This document shows, piece after piece, positions 48,646 through 60,429 of a stretch of DNA of 64,000 bases. How positions within the stretch are numbered: the first letter of the stretch is position 1; the number at the start of each line of letters is the position of its first letter. The DNA is from Macrostomum lignano (Eukaryota), in NCBI GenBank assembly GCA_002269645.1, contig NIVC01003684.1, positions 18,972 to 82,971 of the forward strand, written 5' to 3'. The notes under the pieces were generated by a model. The model was given only the letters and a program-made list of their open reading frames with translations, did not search any database and was not told the origin of the DNA. A program made the translations under genes and the position numbers.

Positions 48646-49433
48646 TCCGTCTTGCAGGTGCAGGATGTCTGTAAAGAATTTTTTATTCATAAATGATAGC
48701 AGACATCCAAATCCTGAAATCTTTTTGGTGGGACTGAATGCGGGAAACAGTTTCCCGGAGATCCGAACAAAAGACAACGGAGCAGCTTTTCAGAGGTGCC
48801 AAACGGCATTGGAACATGTTTCCTGTAAAACAAACCGGCTTCAATTGACTGCTCATAAAAGTTCAATGCACCGAGACGACCGGAGTTGGTAGGACAACCG
48901 GGACTTTCCATCGAGAAAAGAAACTTAATTTGCATTTTTTGCCGCCCGAGCCGGAATTTAGGGGGGGGGGTGGGGCAGGGGATGAGGCTGAGAGGCTGAC
49001 CAGCGAGTCATCGAGTTCTCAGGCAGAGCCGAGGGAAATGAGTTTATCTCTTAGGACTTATTATTAGCTTTGGCCCCGTTCCCCTATTTTTATACCAGTG
49101 GCTCTGGAATATTGCAGTCGGATTGGGATTCAGACAGTGCAGCTGGACTGCAATAGAAATCCCTTGTATCGATAGAAGTTCTACGACCCCCTGTCGAGAC
49201 TTAGCGGTCACGTGACCCGCAGCTTATCACGTGGCCGCATTAATTTGTGGATTGTGCGCGACAATTGGCTCGGAGGTTTTTTGTGCGATTCACAACCCAT
49301 GAGAGGTCAACCCGTCAAAAAGGTTGTGGGTCCATGTCGCCGTGGACGAAGTGTACTAAAAGTCTAAGACGCTATGTAAGAGCAGATAGTTGAGAACATT
49401 AAACCATTAACAGAGTGGAGAACATCAACATCA

Positions 49434-49700
49434 CAGGGGTTGGCAACCTCCGGCCCGGAAGAGGGAGAGGGAGGAAGAGGGAAGAGGGAGTGAGGAAGAG
49501 GGGTAATGAGGGAGAGGGGTAGTGAGGGGGAGAGGTAGTGAGGAAGAGGGGTAATGAGGGAGAGGGGTAGTGAGGGGGAGGGGTAGTGAGGAAGAGGGGT
49601 AATGAGGGAGAGGGGTAGTGAGGGGGAGGGGTAGTGAGGAAGAGGGGTCCTTTGAAACTTCACAATAGCAATCCGGCCCGCTCAAGGCTTGTGTCTTTTC
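49434..49700 (+). mobile_element. hAT/Charlie (MER58-like) element end, interrupted by a 16-bp GA-rich array
   Basis: CAGGGGTTGGCAACCTCCGGCCCG at 49434 and subterminal GGGTCCTTTGAAACTTCACAATAGCAATCCGGCCCGCTC (49645-49683). Confidence 0.6.
49460..49645. repeat. 16-bp GA-rich repeat (TAGTGAGGGAGAGGGG)n-like; second copy at 51250-51510
   Basis: Visible directly at two sites. Confidence 0.9.
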
Positions 49701-49704
49701 TCAG

Positions 49705-50545
49705 CTCTCTCTCCTCTCCTCTCCTCTCCTCTCCTCTCCTCTCCTCTCCTCTCCTCTCCTCTCCTCTCCTCTCCTCTCCTCTCCTCTCCTCTCCTCTCCT
49801 CTCCTCTCCTCTCCTCTCCTCTCCTCTCCTCTCCTCTCCTCTCCTCTCCTCTCCTCTCCTCTCCTCTCCTCTCCTCTCCTCTCCTCTCCTCTCCTCTCCT
49901 CTCCTCTCCTCTCCTCTCCTCTCCTCTCCTCTCCTCTCCTCTCCTCTCCTCTCCTCTCCTCTCCTCTCCTCTCCTCTCCTCTCCTCTCCTCTATCTCCTC
50001 TCCTCTCCTCTATCTCCTCTCCTCTCCTCTATCTCCTCTCCTCTCCTCTCCTCTCTCTCCTCTCCTCTCCTCTCCTCTCTCCTCTCCTCTCTCTCCTCTC
50101 CTCTCCTCTATCTCCTCTCCTCTCCTCTCCTCTCCTCTCCTCTCTCTCCTCTCCTCTCCTCTCTCTCCTCTCCTCTCTCTCTCCTCTCCTCTCTCTCCTC
50201 TCCTCTCCTCTCTCTCCTCTCCTCTCTCTCTCCTCTCCTCTCCTTTCCTCTCCTTTCCTCTCTTCTCCTCTCCTCTCCTCTCCTCTCTCCTCTCCTTTCC
50301 TCTCTTCTCCTCTCCTCTCCTCTCCTCTCTCCTCTCCTTTCCTCTCTTCTCCTCTCCTCTCCTCTCCTCTCCTTTCCTCTCTTCTCCTCTCCTCTCCTCT
50401 CCTCTCTCCTCTCCTCTCCTTTCCTCTCCTTTCCTCTCTTCTCCTCTCCTCTCCTCTCCTCTCTCCTCTCCTCTCCTCTCTCCTGTCCTCTCCTCTCCTC
50501 TCTCTCCTCTCCTCTCCTCTCTCCTCTCCTCTCCTCTCCTCTCCA
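49705..50545. repeat. (CTCCT)n polypyrimidine array
   Basis: Visible directly. Confidence 0.98.
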
Positions 50546-52301
50546 TTATTCTTTCGCATATCATTTCTCCTATTTCTCTTGTCTCTTATCTATTTCCTCT
50601 GACCCTCTCCTCTCTGCCCTCCGCAGTCATGCCACTAGATTCTCTATCTGGCCCTTGATGTAAAAGAGTTTGCCGACACGTGAATTATCGTGTCCAACTA
50701 AGCTCAGCTCCAGAGCACCCTGCTGTGCCGGAACTTTCAAAACCATGAAACGCCTTTAGGATCCAAGCGAAGTAGCATCTAGAGAACAGACAGGTGTGTA
50801 CTCCTATCTTCAGTTTTATTTATTAACCTGAAACTGAACTGAGCTGGCCTCAGCTAGTTCGCGAAGTAATCTTGGCATTGTTGATCGATAAACAAAACGA
50901 GGGAAACGAGGAAAACACAACGGCCAGCTCGAGAGACTGACAGGGTGCAGCGGGAGAGAAGGGGTGTGAAATGGCCTGTAGCCTCTTCCACCACTCGTAT
51001 AATCTGCAAGTATGATAAATCATAAATGAATTCGCAGACAGGAGACAACGGAAACTTGGATGGAGATTATGGGGGTGGGCAGGAAGAGACCAGAGAGACA
51101 GAGACTGGTGAATGGATGGGAATATTAGTTAGTTAATTAGGAGACTTATAGAGATATTAGGGTTTGAAGGAATTATGAAGAGATGCGACAGGAACAGTAT
51201 AAGGGTAGGGTAGGTTGAGAGAGGTAATGACGGACTGACGAAATAATGGAGAGGTTGTGAGGGAGAGGGGTAGTGAGGGAGAGGGGTAGTGAGGGAGAGG
51301 GGTAGTGAGGGAGAGGGGTAGTGAGGGAGAGGGGTAGTGAGGGAGAGGGGTAGTGAGGGAGAGGGGTAGTGAGGGAGAGGGGTAGTGAGGGAGAGGGGTA
51401 GTGAGGGAGAGGGTAGTGAGGGGAGGGGTAGTGAGGGAGAGGGGTAGTGAGGGAGAGGGGTAGTGAGGGAGAGGGGTAGTGAGGGAGAGGGGTAGTGAGG
51501 GAGAGGGGTAGCGATTGAGAGGTGGTGAGGGAATGGTGAAGAGAGGTAGCAGTGAGGCCAGGAACGGAGAGCAATGATGGAGAAAGGTATTGCAGAGACT
51601 GTGGATGCAGTACATGCCTGAAAGAGTGTGCCTGGCTGAAGCGCGCAGCGGAGGAGGCCCAGCAGCTGATTGCCAAAGCAAAGCAACAAATTGCGGTCTC
51701 GAATACAGTTTTTCACAAGAAAAATCATCGCACAAAAACTGATATTATGAAATAGTTAACAAATTAAGATTGCAGACAAAAACAGTTAGGGGGTGAAAAA
51801 TTGAAATGATTGTTCAATTTTAGGATCGGGCACAGCGGGGGGGGCTTTGGTGGCACACAGTTGGACATAAAGTGAAATAATAAAAAACACGCAGAGCTTT
51901 TTGAGTCAAAATTATAGAAGAACTAATTGTGCGCTAATGAATAGAGCAGTGGAATGAACGGCTCAATAAAGAATTCAGCGATTACATAGACCTATAATTT
52001 GAGGCCAATTATTTAACTGCGCTCCAACGAGCTGTGAATAATGAACGCACCTTAGTCTTGTCATATGAGAAATTCCCCCCCAATGAGCCTTTTGGAATCT
52101 ACACTAGGGAATTCCAATAAATCTCAACCTGAACATATAAGAAATTCCCCCTATGAACTGGAATTTACAGTAGGGAATTCCGATGAGTCTAAGCCTAATC
52201 ATACGAGAAATCCCCCCCCAATGAGCCTTTTGAAATCCACCTCGTACAGACTGCTTCCCTTAGTCAAGGATTCCATCTATGGAGTTAATCCGCAGCCCTA
52301 A

Positions 52302-55300
52302 TTAGAAGGGATTAATCCTGGCGCCAGTCATGCTAGGCGAGAACGGGTTCACCTTGGCCCACATGTACGCATCGTTCAGCCCGATGGTGAACCGGCCGTC
52401 CTCCAGGTAAAACACCGGCCCCCTGATTCGCTTTTCCATGAAGAAGCAGTTGTCGAAGTCAGAGTGGTACGGCAGGGCGCTGCCGGCGGCCACATCTTCG
52501 CCGACCTCCAGGCCGGTGTCCCCAGCGCACTTGCGCACCAGCCCGCGCCACACCGGCCGCATCTCCTCCGGCAGGTGGCGCTCGTCGGCGCTGCCGCCCG
52601 AGCGCCTCATCAGCTTCCAGGCGTGCAGCTCCTTGTCCAGCAGCGACCCGGTCAGCGCCCGGCCCAGCCCGGCCATGGCGTCTTTGTGCCGCTCGAAGTG
52701 AAGCCGGGCGTGCCGAAACAGCGGCGCCACCACGGAGTGGTAGCCCTGCCTGATGGCCTTCAACGCGCCCAGGTAGGTGGCCAGGAACAGCAGCTCGTTC
52801 TTCTCCTGCACGGCGGAGGCCTGCTGTAGCTTGCCGGTGCGAGCGCAGCTCATCAGCTCCACGAGCGCCTCCACGCAGTTCAACGTCCACGGCGAGTCGC
52901 GATCGTTAAGAATGTCGCGCACCGCGGCCAGACCGAACTCCAGGCCAGCCAGCGGGTTGGGCGACAGCAGATAGTGGCCGACAATGTCCAGCTGGAGGCG
53001 CAGCCGAGACTCCGGCGTGCCAGAAGCGCCAGTCGGAGCGTCGGCCCGCAGCCGCTCGGCGATCTCCAGGCAGGCGTCCAGGCCGGGCAGGCCCAGCACG
53101 CGGTGTACAGCGTCAATGTCGCCAGCCGAGCCCGAGAAGCGGCAGGCGAACGCCACCAGGAGGTCCTGGCGCCGGCTGTGTAGCTCCGCCAGCTTGGCCA
53201 GCAGCTCCGCCCGGCGCTTGGCGTCCAGGCCGGGCAGCCTGTCGAGCCGCCAGCCGCTCCACTCGGCGGCGAAGTTGCGCAGCCGCTGGTCGCAGGACTC
53301 GACTCGCGTCGCCAGCCAGAGCGCCAAGTCGAGCTCGTTGCCGCGCAGCAGCTTGCCGACGGCCGATCCAACGTCGCCGATGGCCAAGTGGCAACAGGCG
53401 GCGTCCACCGGGGCGCCGCGCTGAAACAGACTGTCGGCCAGGCTGCCCCAGGCCGTGCGCAGCCGATCTGGGCTGCTGACGCCGGGCCTGCGGTATTCCC
53501 GGGATTCGTCCGGATCGTCCGGCCCGGCGAACAGGCCCTCGTGCGCAGCCTGCGCCACCATCAGCGCGTCCGAATATTTCCCGCGCCGGGAGAGCAACTG
53601 GGCGGCGGAGTCGGCCGCCCCGGTGGCCACGGAGAAAGCAACTAGGTCGTCGAGTTCCAGGCTTCGCTGGCTGGCCATGTACCGGTGGCACAGCTCGCGC
53701 CAGAAGGCCTGAGAGACGCCCGGCGCCAGGGCCAGGGCGCGCTCCCACCGGCCCAGCTGGGCCTGCAGCTCGCAGTAGCGGCGCAGGTTGCCGCAGCGCA
53801 GATGGGCCGCGGCAGCGTCCCGCAGCTGTCGGTGCCGCGAAGTCGGCCGTCCGGCCGTCGCCACCGATGCCGACGAGGACAAGGAATTGGAGGCGGCCAG
53901 TTCGAGCTGCTGGGCCCTGGCGGCCTGGAACTTCAGCAGGTCCTTGGCGGCCACGTAGCTGCCGGGCCGGCCGTAGGAGTCGCCAAGCGCGGCTGTCGGC
54001 GTGCCGGCGAGCGCCCGCTGCAGGTCATGCAGGTTGCCGGCAGCCGGGCTGGCGTGCAGCAGCAGAACCAGCTGGTCGCCGCCGCAGCTGCTGGTGCTGC
54101 CGACCACGCTGCCAGCATCGCGGAGAAGCCGGCGCGACTGGCTGCCGGACAGAGCCGGCTGGCCCGGCTGCTGCCTGAGCGCGGCTTCGGCCGGCAGGAT
54201 GAAGGAGTCGGCCATGCCGCGGAACAGCAGGCAGGCGGGCAGGGGGCCGGCCAGCTCGGCAAGCGACCACAGCCGCAGCGTGGAGTCGCGCGAGCACGAG
54301 GCCAGCAGCATGGGGCGGCGCGGGTGCAGCGCCAGGCCGTAGACGTCGGAGCGGTGGTCGGTGACGGCCGCCAGACAGGAGCCGTCGCGGATGTCCCAGC
54401 AGTGGATGTGGCAGTCCCAGCTGCCGGACACGAGCATGTAGGCCAACTCGGGGTGCCAGACAAGGCCGCGCACTGGCCCGGTGTGGCCTTTGAGGTGGGC
54501 GACGCTCTTCTCGGCGGTGCAGTCCCAGACTCGAATCGTGCCGTCGTCCGAGCCGCTGCACAGGTAGCTCTCGCGCAGCGGCGACCAGCGCACGCCGAAC
54601 ACCTTGCTGGCGTGGCCGGTGAAAACTCGGTTGGGCCGGTCGCCGCCGGCGCTGGCCAGATAGAAGATCCGAACAGCTTTGTCCTCGCAGGCTGTGGCCA
54701 GAATGTCGCGCGAGTGCTGGTGCCAGGCGACGCCGTAGACAGCGGCCGGGTGGCTCAACCGGCGGGCAAGTCGGCCGCAGTCGTCTCGCACAACGCAGGT
54801 GCAGTCGGCCGAGGCCGAGGCGAGATGGTGCGGCGCCTTGGCGCTCCAGCTGACGCAGTAGACCGCCTGCTGGCCGTGCTCGGTAAAGCGGCTGTCGATG
54901 CAGCCAGTGGCGACGTCGAGGACGAAGATGCCGTTCTTGGCGGTGGCTCCGGCTACGCGCGCGCCGTCCGGGCTCCAGGCGATGCTGTAGACGATGCCCT
55001 CGTTGTCCGGCGAGCTCTGCACCGGGCTGAAGCCGGCGCCGCTGATCCGCCAGAGCTTCACGGTGCCGTCGAAGCTGCCGGTGGCCAGCAGGCTCTCGTC
55101 CCGCGGGCTGAACTCGCAGTCGAAGACGGTCTCGACGTGGCCCATTTCGCGCAGGAAGTGCCAGTCCCGACGCTGAACGTCGTACAGCCCGACTCCGCCG
55201 TCCAGAAAGGCGCACAGCAGCAGGCAGTCGGGCAGGCAGTAGCCCCCGACGGTTGTCGCAGTCGCCGATGAAGAAGCCGTCGAAGCTGCCGTCGAGTCGC

Positions 55301-56342
55301 AGCCGGCGTCCCCGACAGTTGGCGGCTCTAACGGCGCGGCGGAGCACCCCGTCGAGGCCAGCACGCGCAGATTGCGGAAGCCGGACTTTTTCACGCGGAT
55401 GTTATCGATCGGGGTGGCCCGGGACACGCTGTAGAGCCGCAGCACGCCTGTGGCGGAGTCGCCGGCAACGAACAGGCCGGGAGCGCTAGGCAGCCAGGCC
55501 AGGCTGTGCGCCGGAGAAGCAGCCGAGGGCAGCTGGAACACCACGCTGGTCGTCTGCGCGTCCACATCAACCAGTCGCAGGCCGTTGCAGCGCGAGTCCA
55601 CCAGAAGGAAATTCGGCGACAGAGCGTCCCATTCAAGGCCAAGCACGGTGTCCTCGGCGTCTTCTTCGTCCTCGGCGAGGTCGTCCTCGGCCTCGAGGAA
55701 GCTGACTCGACGCAGAGCTTTCTTGCCGGGCCGGACAACGCTCAGCGTGCCGTCCTCGTGGCCCAGGGCGATGCGTCCAGCAGCTTCGCTGGAGTTGGCA
55801 GCTCCGGCCGGGTGCCAGCGGTAGATTGTCACCTGACTGGCCAGGGCCTGCGTCTCCTTGTGCACTGCCGGCGTCTGCGAGGCCGACCCGGCGGCGCCGC
55901 TATAGTTCCACAGCATCAGCGGGCCGCCGCCGTCAAGGAAGCCGACGGTGCCGTGGCTGTGCGGCAGGAAGGAGGCGCATCGCGGCTGCATCGGCTCCGG
56001 CAGGGCCAGGCGAACCAGCGGCGCCTGCTTGCGGACGTTCCACACCAGCAGCAGCGGATCCAGGCTCGCCGACACGAACAGATCGCCGTCGGCTGGGTGC
56101 CAGGACAGCGAGGTGACGGTCTTCTTGTGCTGCGCCATGACGCTGACCAGCTGGTAGGGCCCGCCGCCGCCCGGCTTGGCCTGCTCGTAGACATAGACGG
56201 CCAGGGTGGCTGCGAAGGCGAACCTACTGGCGTCCGGCGAGCAGGCCAGCGTGTCGGAGCTCCAGGGCTGGCAGCCGGCCTCCAGCAGCGCCAGCTGACG
56301 CACCTGACACGGCATTGTGTAGGGAAACACTGTGCTCATCAT
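52302..56342 (-). CDS. WDR17: WD repeat-containing protein 17 ortholog, 1346 aa, single coding exon
   Basis: Uninterrupted ORF. N-terminal QVRQLALLEAGCQPW...FAFAATLAVYVY, many WD40 repeats (GHVETVFDCEF, GHASKVF, GHTGPVRGL), and the C-terminal LNDAYMWAKVNPFSPSMTGARINPF characteristic of WDR17. Confidence 0.95.
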   Translation of the reverse strand: MMSTVFPYTMPCQVRQLALLEAGCQPWSSDTLACSPDASRFAFAATLAVYVYEQAKPGGGGPYQLVSVMAQHKKTVTSLSWHPADGDLFVSASLDPLLLVWNVRKQAPLVRLALPEPMQPRCASFLPHSHGTVGFLDGGGPLMLWNYSGAAGSASQTPAVHKETQALASQVTIYRWHPAGAANSSEAAGRIALGHEDGTLSVVRPGKKALRRVSFLEAEDDLAEDEEDAEDTVLGLEWDALSPNFLLVDSRCNGLRLVDVDAQTTSVVFQLPSAASPAHSLAWLPSAPGLFVAGDSATGVLRLYSVSRATPIDNIRVKKSGFRNLRVLASTGCSAAPLEPPTVGDAGCDSTAASTASSSATATTVGGYCLPDCLLLCAFLDGGVGLYDVQRRDWHFLREMGHVETVFDCEFSPRDESLLATGSFDGTVKLWRISGAGFSPVQSSPDNEGIVYSIAWSPDGARVAGATAKNGIFVLDVATGCIDSRFTEHGQQAVYCVSWSAKAPHHLASASADCTCVVRDDCGRLARRLSHPAAVYGVAWHQHSRDILATACEDKAVRIFYLASAGGDRPNRVFTGHASKVFGVRWSPLRESYLCSGSDDGTIRVWDCTAEKSVAHLKGHTGPVRGLVWHPELAYMLVSGSWDCHIHCWDIRDGSCLAAVTDHRSDVYGLALHPRRPMLLASCSRDSTLRLWSLAELAGPLPACLLFRGMADSFILPAEAALRQQPGQPALSGSQSRRLLRDAGSVVGSTSSCGGDQLVLLLHASPAAGNLHDLQRALAGTPTAALGDSYGRPGSYVAAKDLLKFQAARAQQLELAASNSLSSSASVATAGRPTSRHRQLRDAAAAHLRCGNLRRYCELQAQLGRWERALALAPGVSQAFWRELCHRYMASQRSLELDDLVAFSVATGAADSAAQLLSRRGKYSDALMVAQAAHEGLFAGPDDPDESREYRRPGVSSPDRLRTAWGSLADSLFQRGAPVDAACCHLAIGDVGSAVGKLLRGNELDLALWLATRVESCDQRLRNFAAEWSGWRLDRLPGLDAKRRAELLAKLAELHSRRQDLLVAFACRFSGSAGDIDAVHRVLGLPGLDACLEIAERLRADAPTGASGTPESRLRLQLDIVGHYLLSPNPLAGLEFGLAAVRDILNDRDSPWTLNCVEALVELMSCARTGKLQQASAVQEKNELLFLATYLGALKAIRQGYHSVVAPLFRHARLHFERHKDAMAGLGRALTGSLLDKELHAWKLMRRSGGSADERHLPEEMRPVWRGLVRKCAGDTGLEVGEDVAAGSALPYHSDFDNCFFMEKRIRGPVFYLEDGRFTIGLNDAYMWAKVNPFSPSMTGARINPF

Positions 56343-57157
56343 GATGACTGCTCCTGCTCCTGCTGCCCGTGGCTCCTTTGAGTCTTTTGAGCTGATGAAG
56401 CGAGGTTAATAACAAAAAATCGGGGAGCAAGGACACAGAGGCGGCAGCTGCTGACAGACTGACAGGAATTGCAAAAAAAACTATACAGTGGGAAGAAGTG
56501 AGCGAAATGTTGCTTTAGTCCTCAGATGCGCCACCCCTTAGCCATGCCGAGTTCGCACCCTCCTCCCTCCCTTATCCCCCTTCCTCCCGCTCTCCCCTCC
56601 CCCCTGTGTGTTTGCCGGGGTGAAGGGGACGCATTTTTTGCATTGGCTGGAAGCTGCAGCAGCAAATACCGCCTCGAATTCAGCATATCCTCAGCCCGCC
56701 TCTCTCTCTCTGCTCACCGCCCATTCAGTAATAAGCTGCTGGTGGCTCTACAGTCACACTTCTCATCCGCTGCTGTTGCTGCTAGGCCCCTCAGTGGGGA
56801 GGGTGGCACCCAATGGTGGGCTAAGGGTAGGCAGGGACGGAGAAGAAATGAAACGAAAGACAATAGAAAAGCAAGGCGGTCTTTAAGTGGGCGAGGAATG
56901 CAGCAAGAGATGATGAGGGAGGAAGAAGAAGATGTCTCTTTGACAAGAAGACAAGAACAGGTACAAGATGAAGGATATAGATTTGCTAATCTGTTGCCAG
57001 ACCAGGCCGTCTTCTAGAGGAGACCCGCGTTCTCCCCCTCCACCTGGCTTCTTGTTTTCTTCCCGTCCCGGATTTTTTCTGCTTCTGGAAGCGGAGGGAA
57101 CGGCTGCAGGGGGTTACAATAGTGCAAGCGAGTGTAAACAGGGTAGAGGGCAAACAC

Positions 57158-57171
57158 TGGGCCATGGCAAC
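57158..57171. promoter_or_regulatory. RFX X-box-like motif TGGGCCATGGCAAC ~820 bp upstream of WDR17
   Basis: 11/14 match to GTTGCCATGGCAAC with a perfect CCATGGCAAC half, in the upstream region of a cilia-associated gene. Confidence 0.4.
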
Positions 57172-57664
57172 TCAGCCAGGTGGTCTCGCACTCTCCCCTT
57201 TCCCTCTGGGTATCGTTTGCTTTTCCCTCTCTTTTCCTGTGCCTCCGTTTCCCTACAACTCTCCGGAACTCGAAGCCGGTGACTCGGCGGCTGTCTAATC
57301 CGTCTAAATTTCTCGTTTCATGGATCTCTACATCATCTAATCTTTGTTACTTGGATACTTTTGAAGGGCTCAAGCAGTTACTGAAAAAACTGAGAGAGGG
57401 GGAGACGGAAGAGTAGTCCTCAAACCCCGAAGCACTGAGGCCGTAACGCAGATGTATAAGCAAAGTGACGATATTTCGAATATTCTATGCTCTTCCTCAG
57501 GACTGACACTGACGCGAATACTCGTATTTTTAAGCCAGGTGTTCTCCGATGTAAAGGCAAGAAACTGAGAGTTCGATGGGTGAGTGGAGAGTGCGCAAAT
57601 GTAAATTAAAAACGTGCGCAGACACTGTGCACATCAGAATTAGTCGGAGACTCTGAAGAGCCTA

Positions 57665-58290
57665 ATGAGTGAGGGGAGAGGAGGAGAGAGGGGAGAGAGG
57701 AGGGGAGAGAGGAGTGGACAGAGGAGGGGAGAGAGGAAGGAACAAAGGAGGGGAGAGAGGAGGGGAGAGAGGGAACAGAGGAGGGGAGAGAGGGAACAGA
57801 GGAGGGGAGAGAGGGAACAGAGGAGGGGAGAGAGGCAACAGAGGAGGGGAGAGAGGCAACAGAGGAGGGGAGGGAGGGAACAGAGGAGGGGAGAGAGGCA
57901 ACAGAGGAGGGGAGGGAGGGAACAGAGGAGGGGAGAGAGGCAACAGAGGAGGGGAGAGAGGAGGCGAGAGAGGAGGCGAGAGAAGAGGCGAGAGAGGAGG
58001 GAAGAATGGAGGAGAGCGAGAGAGGAGGGGAGAGACGAGGGGAGAGACGAGGGAAAGAGGAGGGGAGAGAGGAGGGGAGAGAGGGAACAGAGGAGGAGAG
58101 AGAGGGAGAGAGGAGGGGAGAGAGGCAACAGAGGAGGGGAGAGAGGGAACAGAGGAGGGGAGAGAGGCAACAGAGGAGGGGAGAGAGAAGGAGAGAGAGG
58201 CGAGAGAGGAGAGGGGAGAGGGAAGTAGGCGAAGGGAAAGAGAGAGGAGGGGAGAGAGAAGCGAGGGGAGGGGGGTGAGAGAGGAGAGGA
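57665..58290. repeat. GA-rich polypurine array (GAGGAGGGGAGAGAGG…)
   Basis: Visible directly; complementary in composition to 49705-50545. Confidence 0.95.
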
Positions 58291-58295
58291 GTTAA

Positions 58296-58380
58296 AAAGA
58301 AAAGAGAAGAGTCACAAACCCGGAGCGGGCCGGATCGCTATTGTGAAGTTTCAAAGGACCCGAGGGCCGGCACACCCCAG
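58296..58380 (-). mobile_element. Inverted copy of the hAT/Charlie-like end at 49434-49700
   Basis: The reverse complement of 58323-58361 matches 49645-49683 at 38/39 nt and extends to a truncated CTGGGGTGTGCCGGCCCTCGGG. Confidence 0.65.
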
Positions 58381-59664
58381 ATTTACAAGCTCAAAATTCG
58401 CCAGTCGCTTCTTCTAGCTCGAAAACTTTCCATTGTAGAGCTTGTGAAGCTTCGCTCCAACGAAAGTAACAAGCAGGACTTCTCGACGATGCCCCTAACC
58501 TGGCAAGAGTTCACTAAATGAGTGAACTCTTTTTTTTGGTCTGCTGGTTACCAAAGATCCGGAACTCGGTTTTCAGGGCGGTGTGGCCGCATTTAATTCT
58601 GGGGTGGTAGCTTCTTCTGCAGTCCTCGTGAGCCCTTTTGTGCAAAACTGCGCGAGGCCTCAGGAGAGCCTAATTCTAATCCTAATCCTAATCCTAATTC
58701 TAATCGATACGGCACAGTTATTGTCCATTTCTTCACTTTTATTCTGCAGCAAACAAGCAAACCAGAAATAAATTTATTGGTGAAGGCGAGGGTTAAAAAA
58801 TAGTAATATTTCAACGTGTCTAACATTGACCACTATATACTCGTAGTTGAGAAGAGTCGAGCTTATTAGCTGGCGACTTATAAAAATCGATAATTTTCAA
58901 TCAAGAATTATAAAGGCACTGCAACAACCTCCCCTCCTCGCATCCCTTTCTCCCCCTTTCTCTGTAAGTTTTCTTTCGTTTCTCCTCTTTAAAATGGACC
59001 AGAATTTCTAGCCATCAGCTCTTCCACCCTTCCTCGGCTAACCGCGGCCCTGAAAGTCAAGCGAATCTGCTGAAGTGTTGCAAATGAAAGTAGAAATAGT
59101 GAAAGTGCACTATTCCTATTCAGTATGTATTATATTATACAATAAGTTGGAGCCGCGCCCGACCCGAATGTCGACTCAATCACGCGTGGAAGAATTAGAA
59201 ACAGTTATAGACGAGAGCCTCACCTCAACTTGGTGGGGTGCGCCTTCGGCTTTTGCTATGCTACCCCTTCTTTCGCCACACCACGGTACTCTTACCTCTC
59301 TGCCGACTGTCCCCTGGGGCCAACGAGCTTCGATCTTTGCTGGCTGGTAGATCATTCTGCTTCTGGCGGGGGGGGGGGGTCGTAGCGCTCGTCCTACTCT
59401 ACTATGCTCTGCTTTCAGGGCATTCGATTTCCCCGTCAAAGTCGCTGCTCCCTCCCTTCCCAACAGCGGGAAAAGAATCAGTGCAGCCTGCGCCGATTGA
59501 AATGCCGGCAGCGCCACCCAATTTCCGTTCAGTTTTGACAAGTAAAAGCGGTGCGAATCGTGCAACACTGTTGGAGAATCGACCCGGATATCGAGGAGAA
59601 CATCCGGCAGGCAACCGGGATTCTCAGAGGCCTGTCGTGCGATTCAACAGCTATGAGGGCCAAC

Positions 59665-59808
59665 CCCCAAGGCACAGAGAGTGCACACACATTCCTTACA
59701 ATTAGAAAGTACATTATTGGCGCGCTTGTATGCGCTCCCCAAGGCACAGAGACTGCACACACATTCCTGACAATTAGAAAGTACATTATTGGCGCGCTTG
59801 TATGCGCT
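59665..59808. repeat. 72-bp direct tandem duplication
   Basis: CCCCAAGGCACAGAGA…GCGCTTGTATGCGCT occurs twice. Confidence 0.9.
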
Positions 59809-60429
59809 CAAAAGTCAGCGGAATTGGCAGAATTGCCTTTAGCACTTGGTCGCTGGTAATCGGCCGGGATGTCTTTTTTTGTCGAGATGACGCCTTCGCG
59901 AGTAGAGCTCTGGGCCGACTGGCAGGCAAATTTCTTCCCGATCGATGTCAAGCGTTGCTGGGGGCGCAATGAAGGACGAGTCGGGGAAGAGGCAGATCAG
60001 AAGCTTGGGCCTGTGGAAGGGAGACCGTGGCTCTAGGGGATGAGTTTCGAGCAGGGCATAGTTTGTTAAGAGAGCTGGAGGCTGGAGACACAACAGAGGC
60101 AGTTGGCACTATAGCCAGATAAACTTTTGTACGCGACGAAACATTTGCAGAAGATGTACGAAAGGACAGCGACTGAGGGAGAATGAGAACGAAATTAAAT
60201 GATGAAGCGCTGCATATAGGGGAGCGGAATATTGAGATCTGAGAGGCTGACTACAAGCTAGATGAAAGTGAATTCCCCCTAGCTAGCCGCTCCCCCGTAT
60301 CATGCCAAATATAAGGAAGGAGTGAAAAAGCAGTAGGGGACAAAATTTCCATTAAAAAGCTTTTAATGGCTTTTCTAACTTCATTCAAAATTACCATGGA
60401 TGGCTATTTGTTATCTAATACTCAAGGTA

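Noticed and set aside
48665-48892. Integrase-like DNG motif (IRTKDNGAAF)
   Set aside because: A single short motif with no other DDE residues or LTR context.
52438-56436. Many overlapping ORFs up to 528 aa on both strands over WDR17
   Set aside because: Shadow ORFs of a very GC-rich coding region; no recognisable domains.
49642-58364. 3-bp GAG target-site duplication suggesting a Harbinger element ending at GGGTCC
   Set aside because: Homology extends beyond these points into Charlie-like termini, and GAG is ubiquitous in the flanking repeat.
59075-60100. Several 70-155 aa ORFs in a GC-moderate stretch
   Set aside because: No recognisable domain or consistent splice structure.
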